A DNA stretch of 64,000 nt from positions 96,001 through 160,000 of the forward strand of contig CBDBHE010000008.1 of NCBI GenBank assembly GCA_965205605.1, in the 5' to 3' direction. Both the position numbers and the translations under genes were made by a program. The stretch comes from Spirochaetota bacterium (GTDB lineage: Bacteria > Spirochaetota > UBA12135 > COTS27 > CBDBHE01). The notes under the pieces are model-generated. The model was not told the DNA's origin. It did not search any database and worked only from the letters and a program-made list of their open reading frames with translations. Positions 28,587-38,315 of this stretch are shown here, piece after piece; the stretch's first letter is position 1, and the number at the start of each line of letters is the position of its first letter.

Positions 28587-28594
28587 AAAAAACA

Positions 28595-29062
28595 ATGAAA
28601 AAAATAATTATTGCAAATGATCACGGTGGAATTAGTGTTAAAGAAAAGATTAAAAAGCACTTAAAAGGAAAACAATTTGATGTTTTAGACCTAGGCACCA
28701 ATGAAGAAAAGTCTGTTGATTATGTTGATTATGCTAAGAAAGCTTGTTATGAGTTTTTAAACCATCGATATGAATTTGGAGTTTTGATTTGTGGGACAGG
28801 GATTGGGGTTTCTATTGCAGCCAATAAAATAAACGGTATTCGTTGTGCTTTGATTTATGATCACTTTACAGCTAAAATGGCCAAAAAACACAACAAAGCA
28901 AACTTTATTGCTTTAGGAGGAAGGGTCCAATACTCCACATCAATTACTAGTATTATAGATCAATATATTGAAGAAAACTTTGAAAAAGCACAACGACATC
29001 AAAATCGTCTAAAAAAATTAACTCTTTTAGAAAAAGAAAATTATAAAAGGAGACTGAATTGA
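28595..29062 (+). CDS. rpiB: Ribose-5-phosphate isomerase B
   Basis: ANDHGG, SVDY, ICGTGIGVSIAANKINGIRCA, HNKAN, RHQNRL. Confidence 0.95.
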   Translation: MKKIIIANDHGGISVKEKIKKHLKGKQFDVLDLGTNEEKSVDYVDYAKKACYEFLNHRYEFGVLICGTGIGVSIAANKINGIRCALIYDHFTAKMAKKHNKANFIALGGRVQYSTSITSIIDQYIEENFEKAQRHQNRLKKLTLLEKENYKRRLN

Positions 29063-29532
29063 TGGAAATAAAAGAAATAGAAGGGGAGGTTTTAGCAAAG
29101 TATTATTCTTTCTGTATTATTGTTAGTCGATTTAATGAATCTATCACAAAAAAGTTAAAAGAAAGTGCTATTAAATGTTTGATTAAACATGGAGCTAGAG
29201 AGAGAAAGATCAAAATTATTCATGTTCCTGGGGCTTTAGAAATTCCTTTAGTGGCTCAAAAAGTAGCCACTAAAAAAAAATATAATGCTATTATTTGTTT
29301 AGGTTGTGTGATAAAAGGAGAAACGGCTCATTTTGATCAAGTCGCTTTTGGATCGACTCACGGTCTTTTACAAGCCTCTCTTAAAACTGCTTGCCCGATC
29401 ACTTTTGGTATTTTAACCACAAATACCGCTGAACAAGCAATGAGAAGATGTGGGATCAAAAAAGGACCTAATAAAGGATGGGAAGCAGCTCTTAATGCTA
29501 TAGAAATGGCGTCTTTACATTCAAAATTATAG
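29062..29532 (+). CDS. ribH: 6,7-dimethyl-8-ribityllumazine synthase
   Basis: SRFNESIT, VPGALEIP, LGCVIKGETAHFD, NKGWEAA. Confidence 0.96.
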   Translation: MEIKEIEGEVLAKYYSFCIIVSRFNESITKKLKESAIKCLIKHGARERKIKIIHVPGALEIPLVAQKVATKKKYNAIICLGCVIKGETAHFDQVAFGSTHGLLQASLKTACPITFGILTTNTAEQAMRRCGIKKGPNKGWEAALNAIEMASLHSKL

Positions 29533-29542
29533 TAAAGCTTAA

Positions 29543-30031
29543 TTGATGATAAAAAAAAAATTTGATTCTGAAGCTAGGTTAAAAAAAGTTTCTATTGAAA
29601 AAGCAATTGTTAATGAAAAAAATTTAACTCCTAGACGAAAAGCAAGAATTTTAGCCGTGCAAGCTCTTTATGCTATTGAGTGTCAACAAACAAACAACAT
29701 CAAACAAATTACTGAATTTGATTGGAACGAAACAAAAAATAAAAAAACATATCGGTTTGCAAAACAATTAGTCGAAGGAGCTACCAAGCATCAAAAACAA
29801 ATTGATGAAATCATTATTTCTCTTTTAATTGATTGGACTTTTGACCGAGTTGCTTGGGTCAACAAGGCGATTTTAAGATTATCGATTTACTGCCTCTTTT
29901 GGGAAAAAGAAATCCCAGTAAGAGTAGTCATTAACGAGGCCGTTGATCTTTCTAAATGGTTTAGTGAAGAAGATGATTATAAATTTATTAATGCAGTTTT
30001 AAATAAAGTTGGCATCAAAGAAAAAAAATAA
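29543..30031 (+). CDS. nusB: Transcription antitermination factor NusB
   Basis: RRKARILAVQALY, AILRL, VVINEAVDLSK, FINAVL; follows ribH. Confidence 0.95.
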   Translation: MMIKKKFDSEARLKKVSIEKAIVNEKNLTPRRKARILAVQALYAIECQQTNNIKQITEFDWNETKNKKTYRFAKQLVEGATKHQKQIDEIIISLLIDWTFDRVAWVNKAILRLSIYCLFWEKEIPVRVVINEAVDLSKWFSEEDDYKFINAVLNKVGIKEKK

Positions 30032-31910
30032 AGATTATTTTTTCCTATACTTACTTGCTTTTTTTTGTATGGGAGTTTTATTTATGATTTATCTCATATT
30101 AAAAAACTATAATACTGATGTCGCCTTTCTAAAAAGCTTAAAAACCAAAGAAGCTAATTTTTTTTTTCAAAGAATCAATGAAGCTAATACTTTTATTAAA
30201 AATCAGCAATATCAATTAGCTATTCGTACTTTAAAATCCTTAGAGCAAGAAGAAATCTTAAAAGAAAAGCAACAACAATCCATTTATTTTTTACTAGCTT
30301 ACGTCAATAAAAGTCTCGGGCTTTATCATACTGCAATCAACTATAGCAAAAAAGCCATTGAAATTAAAAAAGTTCCTCTTGCTTACTTTATGCTAGGCTC
30401 TATTTATGAAAAAATGAATCGACCTTTAGAAGCTGTAAAAAGTTACGAAAAAGCTATTAAAAAAGATCGTTTTTATATGAATGCTTATGAGCAACTTGGA
30501 AATTTGTTTTTTCAACAAGGTAATTACCAAAAAGCCTTTAAATATTTTGATACAGCAAGTAAAATCTTTAAAAAAGAATTATCAATAGGGATTTTAATCA
30601 AAAAAACAGCTTGCCTACATTTACTAAAAAAATATAAAGAATCTAATAAAATTATTGAAAAAAAAATCATTCCTGCAAAATCAAATTATTACAAAGATAC
30701 TGCCTATTTGATTTCTGCTGTTAATTTTGAAAATTTAAATAAAAATCATAAAGCAAGTTCTTACTATGATAAAGCTTTATCTTTGGCTTCTTTAAAAGAA
30801 CGTCAAACTTATTCTTACTTACAGTCTATTAATTTTATTAAACTAGGCGAAAATGAAAAAGCAATCAAATCAATAAAAATCAATAATAGTTTTAGTCTTG
30901 AAAGTAATTTAAAACAATACACTCCTAAACAAACTTTAGGTCTTTTATACTTTATAGAAAAAAATTATACCGATAGTGCCAATGAATTTAGGCAGCTCGC
31001 CCCTGTTAATCGAGAAAGTCTTTACTATTATGCGGTTTGCTATTACAAGCTTAAAAATTATCAAAAAGCAATCACTTTTTTCAAGCCTTTTATTTCAAAT
31101 AAAGATCTGCTAGACGAGTATACGTTTTCTGCTTTTATTTTAAGTGCGATTGCTTACTCAAAGTTAGGCTATAAAAGTATTTGGCCATCTTTACTTGAAG
31201 AAGCTATTACTACTTGGAAAACTCGAGAAGAAACCATCTTAACTTTAGGTTACCTTACTTTAAAATATAGACCCAAATTATTCCCTGTATTAGTTAAAAA
31301 ACACCTACCAGATTATCCTAATATCAATCTCATATTAGGTAGTTATTTTAAAAAACATAAAAGATGGCAAGAAGCCTTAGATGCTTTTATTAAAGTAGCT
31401 CAAACTTCTTCTAATAATGGTTTTTTATACAAACAAATTGGAGATATCTATAATCAAATTAAAGATTATAAAAAAGCAACCTCTTATTACAAATTATCCC
31501 TTAAAAAAGATATTAATAAAGACACTAGAGAAAAAATTATTAATAACTTAGCTTATGCACTAGCAAAACATCAAAAAATTGATAACGCTTATAAAATACT
31601 TTTAAAAGAAAAATCCAAAACAAAGCTTAGTGTTTATTTTAATTTGTCTTTATTGTCAAAAAATAAAGGAGATATTTTTAATTATCAATCTTATCTAAAT
31701 AAAGCAATCGATCATCTTGATGAAGACGAAAACAAAAACCTTCGATCTTTAGTTTTATTAGAGGCAGCAATGAGTGAAATTAAAAATAAATCTATACAAA
31801 AAGCTACAGAATATTTAAAAAAAGCCATTAAAGAAAACCCTAAAAATATGAAAGCTGAATATTTATTAAAAAATAAACTTTCTTTATTCAATTCCTCTGC
31901 CTTTTATTAG
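30009..31910 (+). CDS. Membrane-anchored TPR repeat protein
   Basis: N-terminal TM and many TPR units (AYFMLGSIYEKMNRPLEAVKSYEKAI; YKQIGDIYNQIKDYKKATSYY). Confidence 0.85.
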   Translation: MASKKKNKDYFFLYLLAFFCMGVLFMIYLILKNYNTDVAFLKSLKTKEANFFFQRINEANTFIKNQQYQLAIRTLKSLEQEEILKEKQQQSIYFLLAYVNKSLGLYHTAINYSKKAIEIKKVPLAYFMLGSIYEKMNRPLEAVKSYEKAIKKDRFYMNAYEQLGNLFFQQGNYQKAFKYFDTASKIFKKELSIGILIKKTACLHLLKKYKESNKIIEKKIIPAKSNYYKDTAYLISAVNFENLNKNHKASSYYDKALSLASLKERQTYSYLQSINFIKLGENEKAIKSIKINNSFSLESNLKQYTPKQTLGLLYFIEKNYTDSANEFRQLAPVNRESLYYYAVCYYKLKNYQKAITFFKPFISNKDLLDEYTFSAFILSAIAYSKLGYKSIWPSLLEEAITTWKTREETILTLGYLTLKYRPKLFPVLVKKHLPDYPNINLILGSYFKKHKRWQEALDAFIKVAQTSSNNGFLYKQIGDIYNQIKDYKKATSYYKLSLKKDINKDTREKIINNLAYALAKHQKIDNAYKILLKEKSKTKLSVYFNLSLLSKNKGDIFNYQSYLNKAIDHLDEDENKNLRSLVLLEAAMSEIKNKSIQKATEYLKKAIKENPKNMKAEYLLKNKLSLFNSSAFY

Positions 31911-32614
31911 TGAAACAATACTTTATTATCACAGGGGGAATTAAGCGAATTGGAGCTAAAATTGCTGAATTTTTAGTTAATACCTATGGCTATAGTCTCA
32001 TTATTCATTACCATAAATCTCATAATGAAGCTTTAAAAATAAAGAAAAAACTAGAAAAAATAAATAAGATTGAAGTCAAATTATTAAAAGCAGATTTAAC
32101 AATAATACAAAAAAATTTCATCCGAAAATGCTTGTCTCTTGGCAAACCTATTGTAGGACTTATTAATAATGCTTCTGTTTTTTTAGAAGGTAATCTTAAA
32201 AATGGAAACCATTTAATGAATCAAATTAGCCTTCATGCCCTTAGCCCTTTATCCCTTACTCAGCAATACCAAAAATTAATTAATAAAGGAGTCATTATCA
32301 ACATAACTGATGCTAATTTAAAAAGAAGCCTTGAGTTTCAAAATTATCAAATCAGTAAAAAAATCTTACAAGAAATTACTCTAGCTTCCGCTTTAGCTCT
32401 AGCTCCTAATATTAGAGTAAATAGTATTGCTCCAGGTCCTCTAATTCCCTTAGAAAATGAAACTGAAAACAATTGGAAACAAAGAACCCAAAACCTTCCT
32501 TTAAAATCACCCCTTAAAATAGAAAATGCTTTAGATTGTTTGAAATTTATTCTTAATGCTTCTTTTTTAACAGGGCAAACTCTTTATGCTGATAATGGGG
32601 CTCACCTTCTTTAA
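31910..32614 (+). CDS. Short-chain dehydrogenase, pteridine reductase (FolM/PTR1)-like
   Basis: TGGIKRIG, IHYHKS, NNASVF, YQISK catalytic motif, RVNSIAPG. Confidence 0.85.
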   Translation: MKQYFIITGGIKRIGAKIAEFLVNTYGYSLIIHYHKSHNEALKIKKKLEKINKIEVKLLKADLTIIQKNFIRKCLSLGKPIVGLINNASVFLEGNLKNGNHLMNQISLHALSPLSLTQQYQKLINKGVIINITDANLKRSLEFQNYQISKKILQEITLASALALAPNIRVNSIAPGPLIPLENETENNWKQRTQNLPLKSPLKIENALDCLKFILNASFLTGQTLYADNGAHLL

Positions 32615-32641
32615 TTTTTTAAAAAAGAAAAAAAAATTCAC

Positions 32642-32662
32642 TATAGTTTATAATAAACTATA
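32642..32662. promoter_or_regulatory. 10-1-10 inverted repeat overlapping tandem TATAAT boxes (candidate operator)
   Basis: TATAGTTTAT-A-ATAAACTATA, 27 bp upstream of the 32690 ATG. Confidence 0.4.
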
Positions 32663-32689
32663 ATAAATTTTTGATCAAAGAGAAAAATA

Positions 32690-34213
32690 ATGAAAGAAAC
32701 TAAAAATAAAGAAGCCGAAGAAAAAGAAAAGGTTTTTTTTAATATTTTTAAAATTATTTATCAAATTAATTTAGAAACCAAAAAAACAGCTCATATTGAA
32801 CAAATAAAAAAAACTTATTTACTTAAATTTAATGAAAAAGAAAGTATTCAAATTCACTGGAAAAGACTCAATGAAGAAATCCCTAAAGTATTTAAAATGG
32901 ATGATCGTACTTATGTTATTGGCATTAGAAAAATCTTAAAGATGTTATTTTCAAAATTAGAGTATGAATTATCTTTCAAGCCTCAAGGAAATGCTGCCAG
33001 GAAAATAGAGACTGAAAAGGAAAGATTAAAAGATATTTTAAGGGTCATTAATAATCAAGAATTTGACGCAGAAACACACGCTAATATTAGAAATAAATAC
33101 TCTCTTATTTACGATAAAATATTTGCTACTTTATCACAAATAAGAAAAAAACTAGAATTATCCTTTCAATTTACAGAAAGATTTCTTATTACAGAAAAAA
33201 AAATTTTTCTTGACCCATCAATAGAAACTCTACTCCCTGATCCTATTGAAAGAACACTTGCTATTGATCAAGTTTTAGATTTAATTCATAGCCATCAGCT
33301 TGCTTTTATTGGGAAATTTATTGACCCAGAAACACAAGCTATTGAATATTTTTATTTTGATTTAGGGCTTATTACAGAAGAAAAAAATGCTCTTTTAGTG
33401 AAAAAAATACAAAATGGTTTGCGCTTTCAAAGAAATAACAAAATTCTAAAACAAGTTATTGAAGAAATTAAAAAATTTGAATCTGTTAAAAAATTCAAAT
33501 ACTATTTTCAAGGGTTTAAAAATATTAATGACAGTCTTAAAAAACTCAAATTCATACTTTTAGAAACTCACTCTCCTATAGAGATAGTTTTTGAAGAAAT
33601 CTTAAAACAAATTAGTAAACTTAATGATGATTATCTCAATTTATTAACCTCTTATAAGCAAACTTCTTTTATAAAAGCAGAAGTGGCTCAAATTAAAAGT
33701 TACCTTACTTCTTGTACCGAGATCTTACAAACTCTCAAAAAACAAACTAAAGAATCTAGTTTACTTTTTAAAATTTTTATCAAAAGTTATATTCAAAAAG
33801 AAAATTTCTTAAATATTACAGAAGAGCACGATATCATTCAAATTGCTTATAAAACAGCCAATTTACCAAAAGATATGAGCATTAAAAAAAGAATCATTTC
33901 AGAAATGTGGGAAGACTTCACTCAAGCTTTAAAACAACATTTATCAAGATATGATATCTATACTAGTTATAGAGAAAACGATAATAAAAAAAGTGATATC
34001 ATCATTCACTATGAATTATTATCAATTTATAAAAACCAAAATCAAAAAACAATTTATCTATTTGATGGAAATTATGAAATGGAAATCGATGAAAATGGGG
34101 AAATGAAAAAAAAACCCTTAGCCACTTGGAGCCCATATCAAGAATATATCCCTTTGCTAATCAGAGGGATACTTGCCTATTATAAAACATTAAATATTTT
34201 TTCGTATATTTAA
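32690..34213 (+). CDS. Hypothetical soluble protein (507 aa, no recognised family)
   Basis: Long uninterrupted ORF with ATG start; largely helical composition. Confidence 0.75.
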   Translation: MKETKNKEAEEKEKVFFNIFKIIYQINLETKKTAHIEQIKKTYLLKFNEKESIQIHWKRLNEEIPKVFKMDDRTYVIGIRKILKMLFSKLEYELSFKPQGNAARKIETEKERLKDILRVINNQEFDAETHANIRNKYSLIYDKIFATLSQIRKKLELSFQFTERFLITEKKIFLDPSIETLLPDPIERTLAIDQVLDLIHSHQLAFIGKFIDPETQAIEYFYFDLGLITEEKNALLVKKIQNGLRFQRNNKILKQVIEEIKKFESVKKFKYYFQGFKNINDSLKKLKFILLETHSPIEIVFEEILKQISKLNDDYLNLLTSYKQTSFIKAEVAQIKSYLTSCTEILQTLKKQTKESSLLFKIFIKSYIQKENFLNITEEHDIIQIAYKTANLPKDMSIKKRIISEMWEDFTQALKQHLSRYDIYTSYRENDNKKSDIIIHYELLSIYKNQNQKTIYLFDGNYEMEIDENGEMKKKPLATWSPYQEYIPLLIRGILAYYKTLNIFSYI

Positions 34214-35616
34214 AAATTTTTTAAAATTTTCTCAAGTCTTTTTCTAAAGTAATCTTCTCTTTGATTATTTAAAATACTTTTTTTCTTTAACTTTAAATAA
34301 GTCTTTTTAAATTTGAGGCGATCAATAAATTGCCCTTTGGAAAGATGACTCCATGCTTTGCTTTTTTTTTGAGGTTTGCTTTTTGTAAGATAATCAAATT
34401 CTAAAATTTTTAAATGACAAGCCGTTTGTGTTTCTTTAAAAAGTTTTTCATATAAAGCAAGCTTGTGATCTGTATAAGTTTTATTATCATTTTTTTCAAG
34501 TAAAATAGTCTTATCCATCAATGTTTCAAAAGGAGTTAATTTATGACAAAAATTAAAATACATTTCTTCTGTTGTATTTGAAAGACTATGGTATTTAAAA
34601 GGACTTATTTTAAAATCGATTCCAAAAAGCATCACTTCTTGAAAACCCAAATTTTTTAAAACAGTAAAAGCACTATTAATCACAGTCCCGTTCATTGGGA
34701 TCAACAGAGATTCATTAATATGTAAGCATTGTTTTAATACTTCATAATGTTCTTCTAAATCAATAAAATAAAAAGTGTTTTCAAAACGTCTTGTGATCCC
34801 TTCATAAATAGAAAAAGGCACAATCAACGGGATAGAAGTTTCCTTAATTCTAGAAAAATGCACTCCATTATAATAACCTCCATCGCTAGAAATAAGAAAA
34901 TCAACAGGTATTTTATATTGCTTAAGAAGAGGGTAAATCCCTGGTAAGCTAAAAACAAAAGCTTCTGCAGACCATTTTTTAATAAGAGAAAGGTGCTCTT
35001 CTGTTGAAAGACCACTTGAAACAAGGATGGCTTTATGACAATTTTTACTTTTAAAAACAAGATCATTAGTAAAACAAATCTTTTGTTTTCTTTTTACTTG
35101 TTTTAAAAAATTAAAGTCCCATATTAAATCAAAATAAGTATTTGTTGTATAGAGTTTTGAAAAATTAGAAAAAAAATCAAGAATACCTGACTGCATTGTT
35201 TTAATATTTTCTTCTCCCTCATAAGGAGAGGGGATAAAAAAACAATCTTTTAAAAAATTACCTTGATCTTGATTAGAAAAATAATTAGTGAAATGGTGAC
35301 TATTTTTAAAAATTGTAATTGCTAGACTTGAAAGAGAAAATTTTAAGTTTTTATTTAAACGCTTAAAAAAATCATTTTGATCAAGCATTTCACTTAAGTA
35401 AGCATCAATAACAAAAACATTCTTCTCTTCTTTTAAGGCATGTAAAATAGGATAAAAAGGAGCCCCTCCTAAAAAAATAACATTTTTTTTATTATTTTGA
35501 CAAAAATTTTGCCATATTCTTTCAGCTTCTTTTATAGGATTAAAAATAGAACTATAGGCTTTTTCTCCTATATACAGGCATTCTCCTTCTTTTTTGGCTT
35601 GAACGAAACGAATCAA
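34210..35616 (-). CDS. Motility-associated factor (Maf / DUF115, MptE-like domain) protein
   Basis: SIFNPIKEAERI N-terminal motif, LVSSGLS, SSDGGYYN, GTVINSA, LGFQEVMLFGIDF. Confidence 0.75.
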   Translation of the reverse strand: MIRFVQAKKEGECLYIGEKAYSSIFNPIKEAERIWQNFCQNNKKNVIFLGGAPFYPILHALKEEKNVFVIDAYLSEMLDQNDFFKRLNKNLKFSLSSLAITIFKNSHHFTNYFSNQDQGNFLKDCFFIPSPYEGEENIKTMQSGILDFFSNFSKLYTTNTYFDLIWDFNFLKQVKRKQKICFTNDLVFKSKNCHKAILVSSGLSTEEHLSLIKKWSAEAFVFSLPGIYPLLKQYKIPVDFLISSDGGYYNGVHFSRIKETSIPLIVPFSIYEGITRRFENTFYFIDLEEHYEVLKQCLHINESLLIPMNGTVINSAFTVLKNLGFQEVMLFGIDFKISPFKYHSLSNTTEEMYFNFCHKLTPFETLMDKTILLEKNDNKTYTDHKLALYEKLFKETQTACHLKILEFDYLTKSKPQKKSKAWSHLSKGQFIDRLKFKKTYLKLKKKSILNNQREDYFRKRLEKILKNF

Positions 35617-36995
35617 GAATTAATTTTTTCCTTTGAAATTAAAGAAGAAAACGAAAAATTTCCTTTTAAAAAATCATTCATTTGATAGTTGTCAAGTATT
35701 TTTACTTGGTTAGAAATAAGATGTTTTTTATTAAAAACCAAGTTAACAGCACTTTTTGCTGAATAATAATAAATTGATTTTATCTGCTGATTGATTGAAA
35801 ATTCTTTAAGTTGATCTAAAAAAGCTTCTTCTTTTGCATCTTCTAAATAGATATTAATACCAAAAACTAAAGAAACATCTTTTACTTTAATAACAATTTT
35901 TGCAAAGAAATTATTAAGTATTTCAATTGTTTCTATTTTTATTGCTTTGTTTTTAGCAGCACCAGAAAGATAATTGTTAAAACTGGCTTCATCTTTACAA
36001 AGAAACATACCCAATACAAAAGGATGTTTTTTGACGATAGGGGTTAAAAACTCTATTATTTCTTCATTGTTTTTAAAAGGCTTGCCTTTTTTATAAGTCA
36101 TTTGAAGTTGAATTAAACATTCTTGTAATTTTTTTTTTTGTAAAAGAAAATTGGCATACAAATATCTTGCTTCTAAAACAATTCCTTGATAATCATTTTT
36201 AATTTTAGGAAGGGTTTTTTCAAAAATGCCACTTGCTTCATTGATTTTTTTTTGATGATAAAAAACAAGACCTTTTAAAAGAGCTGTTTCATCTTGAAAA
36301 CTTTTATCGTTTTCAATTAAAAGGATGAGGTTAATAACTTCTTCAAATTGCTTGAGGAAAAAAGCACATTTTGCTTTTAAAAGAATAAAACGATTTTCTT
36401 TTGGGTAAGCTTTTAGAGCTTCATCAGTTATATAATATGCTTTTTTATACAGCCCATTATAATAATGAATATAACTTAAACAATAAGCAATTTGACTAGA
36501 ATTACTTTTAAGCTCATACGCTTTTTCTAAAAAAGGCAAAGCTCCTCCATAGTTTTTCATTCGATAAAAAATTAAAGCAATTTTTTCATTGGCAATTAAA
36601 TGATCATTGTCTTTTTGGATTAGATAATGATAAGCTTCTATGGCTTTTTTAAATTTTTCCATTTTTTCATAAATTTCTGCAATCGATAAACAAACTCCTA
36701 TTTCACTGACTTCGCTTGTAAAAATATTTCTTTTTTTGATTTCAGTTAAATGATAAAGACATAAATAGTAATTTTTTTGTTTATATAAAACATCAAAAAA
36801 TTTCATCTGATTTTCAGGAAGAATCTTTTTAACCTCAGGAAGTGTATTTAAAATGCTTAATGCTTTATCAAAATCTTCTGATTTAATAAGTGCATCAATT
36901 TTTTTTATTTTATTTGGATAGCGATAATTATTATTAATAAAAATAGAAATGAAAATTAAAAATAAAATTCCTATAAAAAAAATAAAAAAACTCAT
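35613..36995 (-). CDS. Membrane-anchored TPR protein
   Basis: N-terminal TM, TPR repeats (SIAEIYEKMEKFKKAIEAY; ARYLYANFL) and an alpha/beta C-terminal domain. Confidence 0.8.
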   Translation of the reverse strand: MSFFIFFIGILFLIFISIFINNNYRYPNKIKKIDALIKSEDFDKALSILNTLPEVKKILPENQMKFFDVLYKQKNYYLCLYHLTEIKKRNIFTSEVSEIGVCLSIAEIYEKMEKFKKAIEAYHYLIQKDNDHLIANEKIALIFYRMKNYGGALPFLEKAYELKSNSSQIAYCLSYIHYYNGLYKKAYYITDEALKAYPKENRFILLKAKCAFFLKQFEEVINLILLIENDKSFQDETALLKGLVFYHQKKINEASGIFEKTLPKIKNDYQGIVLEARYLYANFLLQKKKLQECLIQLQMTYKKGKPFKNNEEIIEFLTPIVKKHPFVLGMFLCKDEASFNNYLSGAAKNKAIKIETIEILNNFFAKIVIKVKDVSLVFGINIYLEDAKEEAFLDQLKEFSINQQIKSIYYYSAKSAVNLVFNKKHLISNQVKILDNYQMNDFLKGNFSFSSLISKEKINS

Positions 36996-37004
36996 CTTAT
37001 CTTA

Positions 37005-37032
37005 TAATCGGCTAAAAGAAATAAACACTTCA
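37005..37032 (-). promoter_or_regulatory. Candidate sigma28 (FliA) promoter for the TPR-maf pair
   Basis: TGAAGTGT-N12-GCCGATTA versus consensus TAAAGTTT-N11-GCCGATAA, 9 nt upstream of the ATG. Confidence 0.45.
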
Positions 37033-37068
37033 AATCTCTTAATTAAATTATTTTTTATTTTTAAAAAT

Positions 37069-38286
37069 TTAAATTAATTCAAAAACAACTAAGGAACGTA
37101 TTTTTTTTTCAAGTTTCAAAATCTTTTCATGATTATCAGCAACAATAAGAACATTGACTGCTTTCATAAGGTTATTTTTTGGGATTTTGATTGTTTCTCC
37201 TACTTTAACATTAAGAAAAATATTCTTAACTCCTTTAATTTTTGAAATTTTATTTATCCCATGTATTTTCTTAATAGTCCCCCCATTACCAATGATACCA
37301 AGATCCATCGCCACTTGATTTTTTTTAACTTCAAGATCTGTTGGCTTAATACCAAAAGTAACTTGTAAAATAGCTTTCATCAAATTAACTCCACTATAAT
37401 ATGGATACGTATAAGCAGACATATATCCTCCCGAAAGTCTAGAAGCAATTTCTCCAATAAAAGCTCCTTCCTTTGGATTAAAACGAATATCTCCTTTTGC
37501 TGCTCCTTGCTTAATATTCATGGCTTTAATCGCTGATTTAAAAGCTTGTATGACTTGAGAAACAACAAGCGAATCTTTTTGAGATGGAATGGTATGAGTT
37601 AATTCTACAAAATAAGGAGCCCCTATAATCTTTCGATCAGCAATCCCTGTAATGTGAATTTTTTTATTATAAATAAGAGCATCTAAAGAAAACTCATCCC
37701 CTTGGATATAGGACTCAATAATAATTCTTTTTTTTTTTGAGAAAACAAAAGCTTCTTTACTAGCTTGATGCAAATCTTCTTTTCTATCGACTCGCCTCAC
37801 TCCCCTAGACCCCATAGAATCTACTGGCTTAACAACAGCTGGAAAAGAAAAAGGTAATACTAAATCTTTCAAATGATTTAAATCATTTAAAACAATAAAC
37901 TTTGCTTGGGGGCAATTAGCTTTAAATAATCTTTTTCGCATTGCTTCTTTATCGGTTGTTGCAAGAGCGTCTTCTAAAGGCAGTCCTCCTAAAATTTTAA
38001 GCTTTTTAGCAATATGAGAAACCGTTAAAGAAAAATCAGTCCCTACTGTAAGCACTGCATCAAGCAAGCGAATATTCTTATGAAATAAAAAAGCTTTATT
38101 AGTTGCTTGGTCAATATTTGAAATACTCTCTATAATAACACTACTTGTTTTTTGCATTCCAATTGCTTTTTTATTTTGATCCATCACAACAACATGCATT
38201 TTATTCAAAAGAGCTTCTTCAATAAGAGGAAGCTGCATTCTTGACCCTCCTAAGATTAAAACTGTTTTTCCTGATAATGACTTCAT
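37069..38286 (-). CDS. ATP-grasp domain ligase
   Basis: ILGGSRMQ, DKEAMR, VVKPVDSMGSRGV, ESYIQGDEFS, EIASRLSGG. Confidence 0.9.
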   Translation of the reverse strand: MKSLSGKTVLILGGSRMQLPLIEEALLNKMHVVVMDQNKKAIGMQKTSSVIIESISNIDQATNKAFLFHKNIRLLDAVLTVGTDFSLTVSHIAKKLKILGGLPLEDALATTDKEAMRKRLFKANCPQAKFIVLNDLNHLKDLVLPFSFPAVVKPVDSMGSRGVRRVDRKEDLHQASKEAFVFSKKKRIIIESYIQGDEFSLDALIYNKKIHITGIADRKIIGAPYFVELTHTIPSQKDSLVVSQVIQAFKSAIKAMNIKQGAAKGDIRFNPKEGAFIGEIASRLSGGYMSAYTYPYYSGVNLMKAILQVTFGIKPTDLEVKKNQVAMDLGIIGNGGTIKKIHGINKISKIKGVKNIFLNVKVGETIKIPKNNLMKAVNVLIVADNHEKILKLEKKIRSLVVFELI

Positions 38287-38315
38287 AAAAAAATAATAGT
38301 GTGAAATAATACCCT

